DNA of 64,000 nucleotides from a virus. The stretch covers positions 22,774 through 86,773 of the IMG/VR virus record IMGVR_UViG_3300032053_004772; one strand, given 5' to 3'. Of the stretch, positions 28,898-38,452 are shown piece after piece. The translations under genes were made by a program, and so were the position numbers. Within the stretch, counting starts at the first letter, position 1; every line of letters begins with the position of its first letter. A model generated the notes under the pieces. The model saw only the letters and a list, made by a program, of their open reading frames with translations. It had not been told where the DNA came from and did no database searches.

Positions 28898-29735
28898 ACT
28901 CGATGATCGCTGGTGGGAGTTGAAGTGTCTGAATCCCACCCACAGCGATAACAATCCAAGTATGGGGTACAATCAAGAGACCGGATCGTGGAACTGCTGG
29001 AGTTGTGGAGTCTTTGGATCTGGACCGATTGCGTTAACCGTTCTCGCGTTAGAGACGAGAGAGGAGGAAGCACTCGAACGCGTTCTACCGTATGTACTAG
29101 CGTACGACTCGGAGCGGAGAGAGCGAAAGGTCGTACGACGACATCTGCTACCGGAGATGGAATTATTGGGACTTGTTCCTCTTCCCGAAACCGCTCAGAA
29201 GTATCTTCGTGAACGTGGAATACCTCTCGAGTTCGCAGAACGCAAGGGAGCGAGGTGGTCGATGGAAAACAGACGACTGATCGTTCCTGTAGAAACCGAT
29301 TGGTGGGTCGGTCGTCGAATTGTCGAAGATCCTATGAGGCCGAAGTATCTCTTTCCGAAGTTCTTTCCTCGTACGACGATCCTTTACAACTATCAAGAGT
29401 ACTCACAGAGTAAGGAAGTAGCGGTTGTGGAAGGAGTGTTCGACGCGTGGAAGGTAGAGTTAGCCGGATACCCGTGCGTAGCGACTTTCGGTAGCGCGGT
29501 AACAAAACTACAGTTGGAGCTTTTGAGAGCGTTTCATAGTGTTATCGTCGTACCAGATAACGATCTAGGTGGACAGACGTTCTCGAATGCTCTTTCAAAA
29601 CTGCAGGTAGCCGAACTATGGACGGTTCTTCCGTTGAGGAAGAAGGATATCGGAGAATATGATGTGGAAGAAGTGTGCTCTATCCTTGCGACTAAGAAGC
29701 GATTTTGGGAGGTGCACGGAAGAATCTTTCGTTAA
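28761..29735 (+). CDS. DNA primase (Zn finger plus Toprim)
   Basis: C..P.H.D.NPS...CWSC, VVEG.FD, PDND..G. Confidence 0.9.
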   Translation: MIDGSTRSKIGRLLVRSLLKRHEHSSVTLDVEGWLTTELRAEQVRKLDDRWWELKCLNPTHSDNNPSMGYNQETGSWNCWSCGVFGSGPIALTVLALETREEEALERVLPYVLAYDSERRERKVVRRHLLPEMELLGLVPLPETAQKYLRERGIPLEFAERKGARWSMENRRLIVPVETDWWVGRRIVEDPMRPKYLFPKFFPRTTILYNYQEYSQSKEVAVVEGVFDAWKVELAGYPCVATFGSAVTKLQLELLRAFHSVIVVPDNDLGGQTFSNALSKLQVAELWTVLPLRKKDIGEYDVEEVCSILATKKRFWEVHGRIFR

Positions 29736-29755
29736 AAATATTTCGCTAAAGCCTC

Positions 29756-29784
29756 TTGATTTTCTTGAGTGAGTATATTATAAT
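29756..29784 (+). promoter_or_regulatory. Strong sigma70-type promoter P2
   Basis: TTGATT-N17-TATAAT; shares CCTCTTGATTTT and TATATTATAAT with P1. Confidence 0.85.
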
Positions 29785-29832
29785 TTGATTGAGGAGAGAA
29801 GAGACGGATTACAAAACAGAGTAGGAGGAGAG

Positions 29833-30354
29833 ATGAGCCCAACACAGGAGATTAAGTTCTTAGAGATCCGCAGACAGTATCTTCCGTTTCGATGTAAGAC
29901 CGCGAGAAAGAATCGATCGCTCGAATTTGAGGATGGTATACAGGAAATAGATTACGAGATGTGGAAGACGTTCTCGCACGATCCTGAAGATCCTCACGTG
30001 GTGACCTATATGATTCGACACGCTCGCTGGTACTTGCAAGATCTATCTGTAGCTGCTCAAGAGAAGTACTCTTCTAGTCTAGAGGATGTCTCAGAGATGT
30101 CCTCACCGAGATTGGTTCATGAGGATGATTTCGTAGAGCGTATCCTAATGCAGGATGTTGTCGATCGAGTGAGAGACTCCTTTCTCAAGGATCGAGCCGA
30201 CAAGATTATGATGCGCTGTGCAAAGATTATCGATCTGCTGCGAGAAGGTTACACCTCTGCAGCTATCGCTCGTGAGTGTGGCGTTTCCGCATCAGAGATC
30301 TCGATGGAGATCCGAGACTTTATTCAGCCAGCGTTTCGTGTAGCACTGTGCTGA
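29833..30354 (+). CDS. Sigma-factor-like / HTH transcription regulator
   Basis: Region-2-like FED..QE....W and C-terminal HTH EGYT...IA.E.GVS.S.IS. Confidence 0.6.
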   Translation: MSPTQEIKFLEIRRQYLPFRCKTARKNRSLEFEDGIQEIDYEMWKTFSHDPEDPHVVTYMIRHARWYLQDLSVAAQEKYSSSLEDVSEMSSPRLVHEDDFVERILMQDVVDRVRDSFLKDRADKIMMRCAKIIDLLREGYTSAAIARECGVSASEISMEIRDFIQPAFRVALC

Positions 30355-30633
30355 AACCGATGCTCTCCTGGTGCTCTTTGCGTCAGGGTGAGTATGATTG
30401 GCGAAGGTGTTGGAACTGCTTTGCGCGTGCTGAAGCTCGGATTCGCACGTTAGAGTGTAAAGTCTTGCATATGTCCCGTTACCGTCTGTTTTCTTTATAC
30501 AGAGGTAATGGAGTCCCAGAGGCGTTCGGTTATTATAATCGTCTATTAGTAGGCTATCGTCAGTTGGGTATCGTTGTGAGACGACCGAGAAAGATCGTTG
30601 CTTTCAGGCTTCCGCGTACACTGGAGACCTACG

Positions 30634-30801
30634 ATGAAGAAACCGATTCAGAGGGGATTTATCCAGATCAACAAGGATTTGAAGATTCCGGCGATTCGGA
30701 TCTGCAAGTATCGGAAGCTGGCAGATCCGACGCTGTCTCAAGAGCTGAAGAGGAAGAGTCGTAATACGCGTAGACATTTGCGTCAAAAACTAGGAGGTTG
30801 A
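30634..30801 (+). CDS. Small basic hypothetical protein
   Basis: SD GGAG; ends 1 nt before queC. Confidence 0.45.
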   Translation: MKKPIQRGFIQINKDLKIPAIRICKYRKLADPTLSQELKRKSRNTRRHLRQKLGG

Positions 30802-30802
30802 A

Positions 30803-31462
30803 ATGCGTCGGGTCGTCTTGATTCTGTCGGGTGGAATGGATTCCACGACTCTTCTTGCTGTGTTGAAGTCAGAACACGATGAGGTGCGTACGCTGACGTT
30901 CAACTACGGTTCGAAGCATAACGAACGAGAGAATTACGCCGCGGATTTGCTTTCAACTACGTACGGCGTAGCAAACAATCTGATCTCTCTGCCGTTTATC
31001 GACAAGCTGTTCAGCTCCGATCTATTGAAGAGCGGAGAAGACGTTCCGAGCGGACACTACACCGATGAGTCACAGCGTCGGACAGTAGTGCCTTTTCGAA
31101 ACGGAATCATGCTGTCGATCGCGGTTGGTTTCGCTGAGTCGATTGGTTTCGACTACGTCGCGTTTGCGAATCACGCCGGTGATCACGCGATCTATCCTGA
31201 CTGTAGAGAGAGATTCGTCTCCGCGCTGGATGCGGCCGCACAAGCGGGAACGTATCTTGGAGTGAAGGTGGTCTCTCCGTTCTTGATGAAGACGAAGACG
31301 GACATCGTTCGGATAGGACATCGTATCGGAGTTCCTTATCATCTCACGTACTCATGCTATCGCGGAGGTGTTAAACACTGTGGTACGTGTGGCACGTGTA
31401 CAGAGCGGAAGGAAGCGTTTCGAGATGCCGGCGTGAAGGATCCGACGGAGTATATAGTATGA
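30803..31462 (+). CDS. queC: 7-cyano-7-deazaguanine synthase
   Basis: SGGMDS PP-loop, TVVPFRN, YPDCR, SCY..G..HCGTCGTC Zn site. Confidence 0.97.
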   Translation: MRRVVLILSGGMDSTTLLAVLKSEHDEVRTLTFNYGSKHNERENYAADLLSTTYGVANNLISLPFIDKLFSSDLLKSGEDVPSGHYTDESQRRTVVPFRNGIMLSIAVGFAESIGFDYVAFANHAGDHAIYPDCRERFVSALDAAAQAGTYLGVKVVSPFLMKTKTDIVRIGHRIGVPYHLTYSCYRGGVKHCGTCGTCTERKEAFRDAGVKDPTEYIV

Positions 31463-32442
31463 TTCGTTTGCACAAGAACGAGTACTCTGGAGAGTATCCG
31501 GATTCATCGTTTGAAGTGTTAAGACATTACTGCGATGGAACACAACTGAAGAAGCAATTAGCGAAGTACTTCGGAGTGTTGGAGGAGTGGGTCGCTCTGG
31601 AACAAGGAGCGACTCTTGCTCTTGAAAGAATATTCTCGGAGTTTAAGGAGTCTCCGATTCAGATTCCGGCTGACGTGTGGCCGACGTATTTTACGATCTT
31701 AGAACACACTCATAGAAACAAGATCGTGCGTTTGCGTGATGTGTATCTGTCGATTGAGATTACGAGAAGGTTTGTGCAAACTCCTCCACGTCTAACGCCT
31801 CTGATGAGGGATGGATTGTTTGTGATTACCTCTCCAAGTAATCCAGATGGAAGTTTCGTTCCGCAGTCAGAGATTGAGTATCTGTGTAACGAGAAGCGAG
31901 AACTTACTGTGTTGTTGGATATTGCGTATCACGACTACGCAACGACGCCCTACGATATCTCAACGCTGCTGGCACGGCACTCGAATTTGATCCTGGTGTG
32001 GTCGTTCTCAAAGACGTTTGGTTTAGCGGGTGCGAGAGTTGGAGTAATTCTTTGCTCAGATAAAAAATTGCTAGGTAGTCTTTTTCTCTCTCCACTCGGT
32101 ATTAACTCCTATAGTGAACTGCTGTGCTTGCAGGCGTTAGAGAAGCGTGAGTTCTTTGTAGAACAGGTTCAGCGTTTGCGAGGGAGACGCGATCGGTTTA
32201 TCGACACCGTGAATCAGGAGATGACTTCATTTACAGCATACTACTCGGAGGGAAACTTCTGTCTGTTGAAACCACACTCTATGAGATCAGAAGACGCACA
32301 AAGCCGACTGCGCGCGCGAGGTGTAGCGGTCAGACACTTTCCTTCGACGATTTGGGATAAGTATTTGAGAGTAACGATCGGAACCGAAACAGAGATGGTG
32401 TATCTCGTTCATCAGCTGGAGGAGCTAGATGGAAGAGTTTAG
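31459..32442 (+). CDS. PLP-dependent class I/II aminotransferase or decarboxylase (HisC/CobD-like)
   Basis: SPSNPDG, LLDIAY, SFSKTFGLAGARVG (PLP lysine), LRVTIG; ATGA-coupled to queC. Confidence 0.9.
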   Translation: MIRLHKNEYSGEYPDSSFEVLRHYCDGTQLKKQLAKYFGVLEEWVALEQGATLALERIFSEFKESPIQIPADVWPTYFTILEHTHRNKIVRLRDVYLSIEITRRFVQTPPRLTPLMRDGLFVITSPSNPDGSFVPQSEIEYLCNEKRELTVLLDIAYHDYATTPYDISTLLARHSNLILVWSFSKTFGLAGARVGVILCSDKKLLGSLFLSPLGINSYSELLCLQALEKREFFVEQVQRLRGRRDRFIDTVNQEMTSFTAYYSEGNFCLLKPHSMRSEDAQSRLRARGVAVRHFPSTIWDKYLRVTIGTETEMVYLVHQLEELDGRV

Positions 32443-33049
32443 GTATCTCAGGGGTACGAGTCACGAGTGCGTAGACGCGTTCGAGGATCTCTGGTTGAAG
32501 ACGATGCGGAAGTTTCGTCCGATTAGTAAGATCGCGTTGTTCGTGCCGTGTTCGTGGGGAAAACCCTATAGTCAGTCGTACATTCACTTCTTTATCAATC
32601 GAGAGTTACACAAGTTGGGTTTGCTGCATCGGATCGATCGATGGCATGTGTCGAACGCCGGTATCATTCCAGCGTCCGCTGAACTAGATGGTATATCGAA
32701 CGACGTTGGATTCTTTGCATACGATTGGGATTCTCGCTTTCAAACGGAGGAAGAAGAGAAGTATCACGTGCGGAGTACTTCTGAGAGACTATTGATGTGG
32801 AAGTCCTTCGTCGGAAGCAAGTATCCGATCAAGTTTTCTTATCTGCGTCCTGGATCAAAGGGACTTCGAGCAATACAGGCAACACTTTCGGAAGTGACCA
32901 ATCTTGCTCCGAATCCAAACAGACCGAGTGATCTTCCTCCACAGTGTGTTCACGATCCTGATACCGTCTTGATTAGTGCTATCAACTTGCAGTTTTTGGG
33001 AACATCTATCGAGCGCGCTTTGAAGGGAGAAAAGAAGTGGGACGACTGA
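32429..33049 (+). CDS. DUF5591 / archaeosine synthase (ArcS)-like catalytic domain
   Basis: ALFVPCSWGKPYSQS.H resembles the ArcS PC-x3-KPY-x2-S-x2-H motif; GIIP..E..YDW. Confidence 0.75.
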   Translation: MEEFRYLRGTSHECVDAFEDLWLKTMRKFRPISKIALFVPCSWGKPYSQSYIHFFINRELHKLGLLHRIDRWHVSNAGIIPASAELDGISNDVGFFAYDWDSRFQTEEEEKYHVRSTSERLLMWKSFVGSKYPIKFSYLRPGSKGLRAIQATLSEVTNLAPNPNRPSDLPPQCVHDPDTVLISAINLQFLGTSIERALKGEKKWDD

Positions 33050-33651
33050 TTGCAGTGGAGGGCGCTGATTGCACTGGAAAGAGCATACTCGTGGAGAGAC
33101 TGCTTCAAATGCGACCGGAGTTGTGTCACACGGTTGAAGACCATCCGATCGATACGCACTTAGACGCTGTGGCAGATTGGTACGTGAATCCTGAGGATGA
33201 ACACGTGAAGTTTTATCTATATCTTGCGGAGACAGTGCATCTGAGTGTACAGCATCGGAGTTTGTTACAGAAGTATCCGGGAAAGCATGTCATTCTAGAT
33301 CGTAGTGCTTTTTCGATGCTGGCGTACTCAGAGATGTTTACATTACCGATGTCGAGAGAGTGTGCAGATAAAATCCTTCGGACGTTCATCTCTACGATTC
33401 AGATGCCAGACGTCATTCTGTATCTTTATGCTTTATCGGGTACGATCGAGCGACGATTAAGTGCTCGAGGTGATCGATCGGGAGTTTATGAGAAGAGGGC
33501 TCGGACGGATTCGTCGTTCTGGAATCGCTTACATCTCGCGTATCGAAAGTGGTTCGATCTAACGTCTGTAGCTGTAATACCGATTGATACCGACTCGTTA
33601 AGTATTCCGGACGTTTATAATCAGGTCGTTGCTATTTTGGAGGGTTTATGA
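33037..33651 (+). CDS. Thymidylate-kinase-family dNMP kinase
   Basis: AVEGADCTGKS, ILDRS, PD.ILYL. Confidence 0.9.
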   Translation: MGRLIAVEGADCTGKSILVERLLQMRPELCHTVEDHPIDTHLDAVADWYVNPEDEHVKFYLYLAETVHLSVQHRSLLQKYPGKHVILDRSAFSMLAYSEMFTLPMSRECADKILRTFISTIQMPDVILYLYALSGTIERRLSARGDRSGVYEKRARTDSSFWNRLHLAYRKWFDLTSVAVIPIDTDSLSIPDVYNQVVAILEGL

Positions 33652-34430
33652 GAGTGTGCTTCATTACTCCTCGGAAATACTTTCGTGAGTTTTGCTCCCG
33701 ATACAGTGACTACTATCTGTTACTCTCTCACTGGATTGAGTCTGAGCGAGACTTGACACCCTTTCGTGATCGTTATGTGATCCTAGATAACGGCGCGTAC
33801 GAGAACGGGAAGCCTCATGAGATCGATCGATACGTTCAACTCATCGAACGCCTTCGACCTGACGAGATTGTTACTCCTGATGTACGCTTTGATGCGCAAG
33901 CTACCATCACAGCAACGTGTCAGTTTCTGAAGGATCATCATGAGTCTCGTTACAAGTATCTAGCGCCGGTACAGGGAACTAACTGGGAGGAGTGGACTCA
34001 CTGCTACCGAACCTTTCTGGACGATCCAAAAGTAGATGTGATCGGGATCACGGATGTACCTGTAGAGAAGACTGTTCTGAGCTACGCATACGATAAACTA
34101 CCAGCAGCGTTCTCTCGCGTGTACGCGATGGAGTACTTGGATCGTTTAGGTCTGCTACAGAAACCTATTCACATTCTGGGATCGGTTGATCCGGCAGAAT
34201 TGCCGTGGCTGCGATACTTCAGACACGCACGAAGTACGGATTCGAAGATCGCGTTCTGGAACGGGGTTTCGAACGATCGATTGCATCCAACCTCCGGTCT
34301 GAGACGAGGTTCGATCAAGATTGAGAGTATGACATGGGATTGGAGTGGTCAACTAACGCTGCGTCAGCGGCGTAATATCTTATACAACATAGCGGTATTT
34401 AAGGCATTAGCCGGAGGAGGCAAAAAATGA
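33648..34430 (+). CDS. TGT-fold transglycosylase, DpdA-like
   Basis: VILDNGAYE, PDV, APVQG, IHILG, RSTDS follow the TGT/DpdA motif order; in an operon with queC. Confidence 0.75.
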   Translation: MRVCFITPRKYFREFCSRYSDYYLLLSHWIESERDLTPFRDRYVILDNGAYENGKPHEIDRYVQLIERLRPDEIVTPDVRFDAQATITATCQFLKDHHESRYKYLAPVQGTNWEEWTHCYRTFLDDPKVDVIGITDVPVEKTVLSYAYDKLPAAFSRVYAMEYLDRLGLLQKPIHILGSVDPAELPWLRYFRHARSTDSKIAFWNGVSNDRLHPTSGLRRGSIKIESMTWDWSGQLTLRQRRNILYNIAVFKALAGGGKK

Positions 34431-34951
34431 GCCGAGTGCTCAAGACGGAACCCGTACAGGTGATTCAGTGGTACTGTCCGCAGTGTGGTAACGTGGTTAC
34501 CGCGAAGGACGAGAAATGTCCTCACTGTAACGTGGTGTTCGCTCCGATAGACAATCTGTCGGAAGAGGAGCAGCGTATTCAGGAGATCAAGGACAAGATC
34601 GAGGCCGGACTGAAGGATGGAGCGAAGACTCCTTCTCCAGAAGCGGTTGTGGCAGAGGCTTCCGCTCCCGTGGAAGTACAGACTACTCGTGTGGCGGTAC
34701 CCGCGAAACCTGCTGCGGAGAAGAAAGTACCGGGTGTGTACAAACCGCAGACTGGTACGCGTGTAGCTCTGACGTACGAGAAGCTGCAGGGTGAGGGAGC
34801 TGCGTTCGGAGACATCGTTAAGGAGATGATGAGCAAGTTCTCTCTCGACGAAGCGAAAGCGACTCTTACCGTGAAAACTAACATCGACGAGCTAAAGAAG
34901 GCGCGTCAGCTTCCGATCGTGGAAGAGAACGGTAAATGGCGGATCAAGTAG
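34427..34951 (+). CDS. Zn-ribbon plus probable winged-helix protein
   Basis: CPQC...CPHC, Ala/Pro linker, basic C-terminal domain. Confidence 0.5.
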   Translation: MSRVLKTEPVQVIQWYCPQCGNVVTAKDEKCPHCNVVFAPIDNLSEEEQRIQEIKDKIEAGLKDGAKTPSPEAVVAEASAPVEVQTTRVAVPAKPAAEKKVPGVYKPQTGTRVALTYEKLQGEGAAFGDIVKEMMSKFSLDEAKATLTVKTNIDELKKARQLPIVEENGKWRIK

Positions 34952-35379
34952 TTCGATTTAAACTGCTGAGTTCGACCGCGCACGCTCCTACTCGAGCTCA
35001 CGCCGACGATGCCGGTTGGGATCTGTACGCTTCTAGTAATGTCGAGATTGCGTCCTTCTCTTACGGTGAGATACCGTTTGATATCGCTATTGAGCTTCCA
35101 AAACCGTTTGATGGTTGGATCTGGGAAGCGCACATTCGACCGCGCTCTGGTACGCGACGTAAAGGTTTGTTCGCTACCTTCGGTACTATAGATCAAGGGT
35201 ATCGAGGACCACTCAGTGCGATCGTGATTAACATGAATCCGAATCCATTTCTCATTCAAGAAGGTGATCGGATTGCACAACTAGTCGTGGTCGCGATTCC
35301 GACGGTGTTCTTTGAGGCTGCCTTAGCTTTGAGTGAGTCTTTCCGAGGGGAGAGGGGATTCGGAAGTAGTGGCGTATGA
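34936..35379 (+). CDS. dut: dUTPase (trimeric type)
   Basis: AGWDL, RPRSG, GTIDQGYRG, GDRIAQL, RGERGFGSSG. Confidence 0.95.
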   Translation: MADQVVRFKLLSSTAHAPTRAHADDAGWDLYASSNVEIASFSYGEIPFDIAIELPKPFDGWIWEAHIRPRSGTRRKGLFATFGTIDQGYRGPLSAIVINMNPNPFLIQEGDRIAQLVVVAIPTVFFEAALALSESFRGERGFGSSGV

Positions 35380-37823
35380 GAGTACTCAAGAGAGAGTGTA
35401 ACTGCGCTTTGTGCGAGGATAGCGTTTCCAACTCAGGAGTGAGACGCTGTAAGATTGAGGGTACCGGACCGAAGAACGCGAAGGTGATGATTGTCGGTCA
35501 GTGTCCTGGTTCTGATGAAGTGGAACGAGGAGAGAACTTCGTTGGAAGAGCTGGCGAGTTGTTGAACGACATGCTACGAGAGGCTAATATACCTCGAGAA
35601 GAACTGTACTTTGCGAATGTAGTCAAGTGTCGACCGAGTGTGATCTCGGAAACTCGTCGAGTTGATCGAGATCCGAAACCGCAAGAGATTAACGCGTGTC
35701 TTCCGTTGTTGATAGATGAGATACGCACAATTCGTCCTGCCGTGATTGTATCCGTGGGAAACATTCCGATGCGAGTTCTGACCGGAATCTCCGGAGTGAT
35801 GACGTGGCAGACGTGTGTAATGTTTCATCGACTGTTTCAGTGCTGGGTTGTACCGATGATTCATCCAAGTGCGTTATTGCGTTGGGGAGCGACTCAGGGA
35901 TTAGACTTTGATCTATCCGTGATAGCTCTCTCTACAGCTTGGGAGTATCGGGATCGTCGAGTACGAATCACGCGCGTGACTAGACATTTTGTACAAGATG
36001 CGAGTGAGGCTGAGGAGATTGTTGTACAGTGTGTGCAGCACGATGCCTTTGCTTTTGACTTTGAGACGTATCTGAACGGATCGCTTCGTGGATTGGGTCT
36101 ATGTTGGCGTTTCTGTGAAGCATACTATATTCCAGCGAAGTTTTTGACGAGCGCGCTGGTGAGTCGACTTGCAAGAGATGGGCGAGATTCTATGAAGATC
36201 GCTCACAACGTTGCGTTCGATCGAAGTGTTGCTCGATGGACGTGCGGTGTTGAACTGGGTCCGAAGGTCTTCGACACGATGATTGCTCATCATTTGTTAG
36301 AGGAGGAGATGCCGTACGGTCTCAAGGATCTGGAGTGGTTGTATACTGATAAGGGTGGTCGTGCTGACTTGATCAAACCACATTACGGTAAGCCAACTTG
36401 GGACCGATTACCAGAGGATGTTGTTGGTGAGTACTGTTGCGACGATGTGGAGAGCACGTTTCGGCTCTATCATCGATTCAAGAAGGAGCTTGCTCGAGAG
36501 GGGCTTGAGTATCTGTTCGAGAACGTCTCGATGCCGACTACTCGCGTTGTAGAGGAGCTTGAACATAACGGAGTTCCGATCGATGAGAGCGCTATGACTG
36601 CAGTAACAGATCGATGTCTCGAGTTGGAGGAACTCTCTGTAACACGCGTACGAAAGATTGCCGGTGACTTCAACGTTAACTCTGGTCAGCAGTTAGGTGA
36701 CATACTCTACGTGAAATTGAAACTTCCGGAACAGCATACCAAGACAAAGAGGTGGAAGACGGATGGAGAGACGTTAAAGAAGCTGAAACCTCTCGATCGT
36801 TCTGGTATTATCGACGAAATCTTGAATATCAAAAAGCAGAGAAAGATTCTGTCGACGTATATAAAAGGCACTCGAAAAAGGATGCGTAACGGACGAGCAT
36901 ACTACAGTTTCTTGCAACCTGGAACTGTAACGGGAAGACTCTCTAGCGCCTTTCATACCTTTCCGAGGAATGCGGCAATTCGTAGGATTATAGGAGCTTC
37001 TTCGGGGAGGAAACTGATCGATGCAGACTTCGATCAGATTGAGTTGCGTATAGGAGCCTCTCTCTCGGGTGATCCTGAGATGATCAGAGTTTTCCGAGAG
37101 GGCGGAGATATCCACAACGAGGTGGCATGTACTCTCTACGGACTGGAGCCTGGAAGTGAAGTAGACGTTGAGCAGCGAAATACTGCGAAGGGATTTGACT
37201 TCGGTGTTTTCTTCGGGCGAGGAGCTCAGTCGGTTGCTGATGAGATGGGAGTTTCGTTACAAAAAGCACAGGAATGGATTGATCGTTTTGCTCGTCGTTT
37301 TGCAGTGCTGTGGCAGTGGATTGATCAGCAGCATGTGTTTGTTAGGGAGCATTTATACGTGCGAAATCTCTACGGAAGAAGACGTCAGTTGAAGCATGCG
37401 ATAAATCCAGATACGAATATGCAAGCGGAGGCTGAACGACAAGCCGTGAACGCTCCTATTCAGGGTGGCGCAAACGATATAGCGTGTATCGCGTGGGAAC
37501 GAATTCGAGAACGAGCTCAACGTGAAAAGCTAGATGCGAAACTGTGCGGGATTGTACACGACGAGATCTTGGTAGAGACGGACGACGCGAGTGCAGAGTA
37601 CGTAGCTCTGTTAATGAAAGAGGAGATGGAAAAACCGTATCCGAGATTGTTAGTACCTATGACAGCGGACGTTCATATTGTGCAGAACTGGTACGAGCAT
37701 AAGGCATCTAAGACTATTGTGGATCCTACCGATGAGGAACTGCAGGATGACGAAGAGATAGATGGCGTTGATCGAGTTCTTGAATTGGTAGATTGGTCAG
37801 TTGAGCCTCCGGAGGTAATATGA
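35376..37823 (+). CDS. Family A DNA polymerase with N-terminal family-4-like uracil-DNA glycosylase domain
   Basis: UDG: GQCPG..E...FVG.AG, NVVKCRP, HPS; exonuclease: FDFET, HNVAFD, Y...D; polymerase: DFDQIELR, R..AK.F.FG, VHDE. Confidence 0.95.
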   Translation: MRVLKRECNCALCEDSVSNSGVRRCKIEGTGPKNAKVMIVGQCPGSDEVERGENFVGRAGELLNDMLREANIPREELYFANVVKCRPSVISETRRVDRDPKPQEINACLPLLIDEIRTIRPAVIVSVGNIPMRVLTGISGVMTWQTCVMFHRLFQCWVVPMIHPSALLRWGATQGLDFDLSVIALSTAWEYRDRRVRITRVTRHFVQDASEAEEIVVQCVQHDAFAFDFETYLNGSLRGLGLCWRFCEAYYIPAKFLTSALVSRLARDGRDSMKIAHNVAFDRSVARWTCGVELGPKVFDTMIAHHLLEEEMPYGLKDLEWLYTDKGGRADLIKPHYGKPTWDRLPEDVVGEYCCDDVESTFRLYHRFKKELAREGLEYLFENVSMPTTRVVEELEHNGVPIDESAMTAVTDRCLELEELSVTRVRKIAGDFNVNSGQQLGDILYVKLKLPEQHTKTKRWKTDGETLKKLKPLDRSGIIDEILNIKKQRKILSTYIKGTRKRMRNGRAYYSFLQPGTVTGRLSSAFHTFPRNAAIRRIIGASSGRKLIDADFDQIELRIGASLSGDPEMIRVFREGGDIHNEVACTLYGLEPGSEVDVEQRNTAKGFDFGVFFGRGAQSVADEMGVSLQKAQEWIDRFARRFAVLWQWIDQQHVFVREHLYVRNLYGRRRQLKHAINPDTNMQAEAERQAVNAPIQGGANDIACIAWERIRERAQREKLDAKLCGIVHDEILVETDDASAEYVALLMKEEMEKPYPRLLVPMTADVHIVQNWYEHKASKTIVDPTDEELQDDEEIDGVDRVLELVDWSVEPPEVI

Positions 37824-38452
37824 AGAAAGTGGTCTCATTCGACGGTCACGGAACTCTGTTCGAGGAAGCTCCTGATCACTATCGGAAGATTGCGCAGATG
37901 CTTAACACGGAGGAGAGTACTGTACGAGCAGCTTATTCGCGCATCGTTTCTCATCGTCTTCGAGGATATCCTGAGCTTGTTAGAGATGACATTATTCAGA
38001 CGTTCTGGTTGAGCGTGTATCAAGAGATAGCCGGTTTCGTGACAACATTTCGACAGACGAATCTCGGCAAAATGATTCTCGACTACGCGATGACTAAGGA
38101 AGCGTGGGTTCCGAAACTATTAGGAGTTCGTTTTCTGAAGTATGCGAGTAAGCTGGGTTTTCGCTGCATTCTGTGTTCCGAGTGGGATAGTTGGATCGCT
38201 GCTTTGCTAGAGCACTTCGGTTTGAACAAGTTGTTCGATGAGATGTATATCACAGGTTTGCAGGGTCACGCAAAGTGGACTCCGATGTTTTGGAGTTATG
38301 TGCTGTCTGAGGAAGCTCTCTCTCATCCGTCGCGATTGTTGCACGTCGGAAATGATCCTCTTACAGATGAGAAGATTCCGAGAGGTTTAGGAATTGAGAC
38401 ATTCTCAATACGCGCCTCCTTTATGGAGTTTCGGGTTAAGTTGGAATCGTAA
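37820..38452 (+). CDS. HAD-superfamily hydrolase
   Basis: SFDGHGTL, K, HVGND..D. Confidence 0.8.
   Translation: MKKVVSFDGHGTLFEEAPDHYRKIAQMLNTEESTVRAAYSRIVSHRLRGYPELVRDDIIQTFWLSVYQEIAGFVTTFRQTNLGKMILDYAMTKEAWVPKLLGVRFLKYASKLGFRCILCSEWDSWIAALLEHFGLNKLFDEMYITGLQGHAKWTPMFWSYVLSEEALSHPSRLLHVGNDPLTDEKIPRGLGIETFSIRASFMEFRVKLES

Noticed and set aside
30276-30764. 162-aa ORF before queC
   Set aside because: Overlaps both neighbours with no motif or clear SD; a shorter peptide cannot be excluded
30764-30796. Possible preQ1-I riboswitch before queC (ACGC/GCGT stem plus CAAAAACTAGG tail)
   Set aside because: The stem is only 4 bp, conserved loop nucleotides are absent, and it lies in the coding end of the upstream ORF; an Infernal search would settle it
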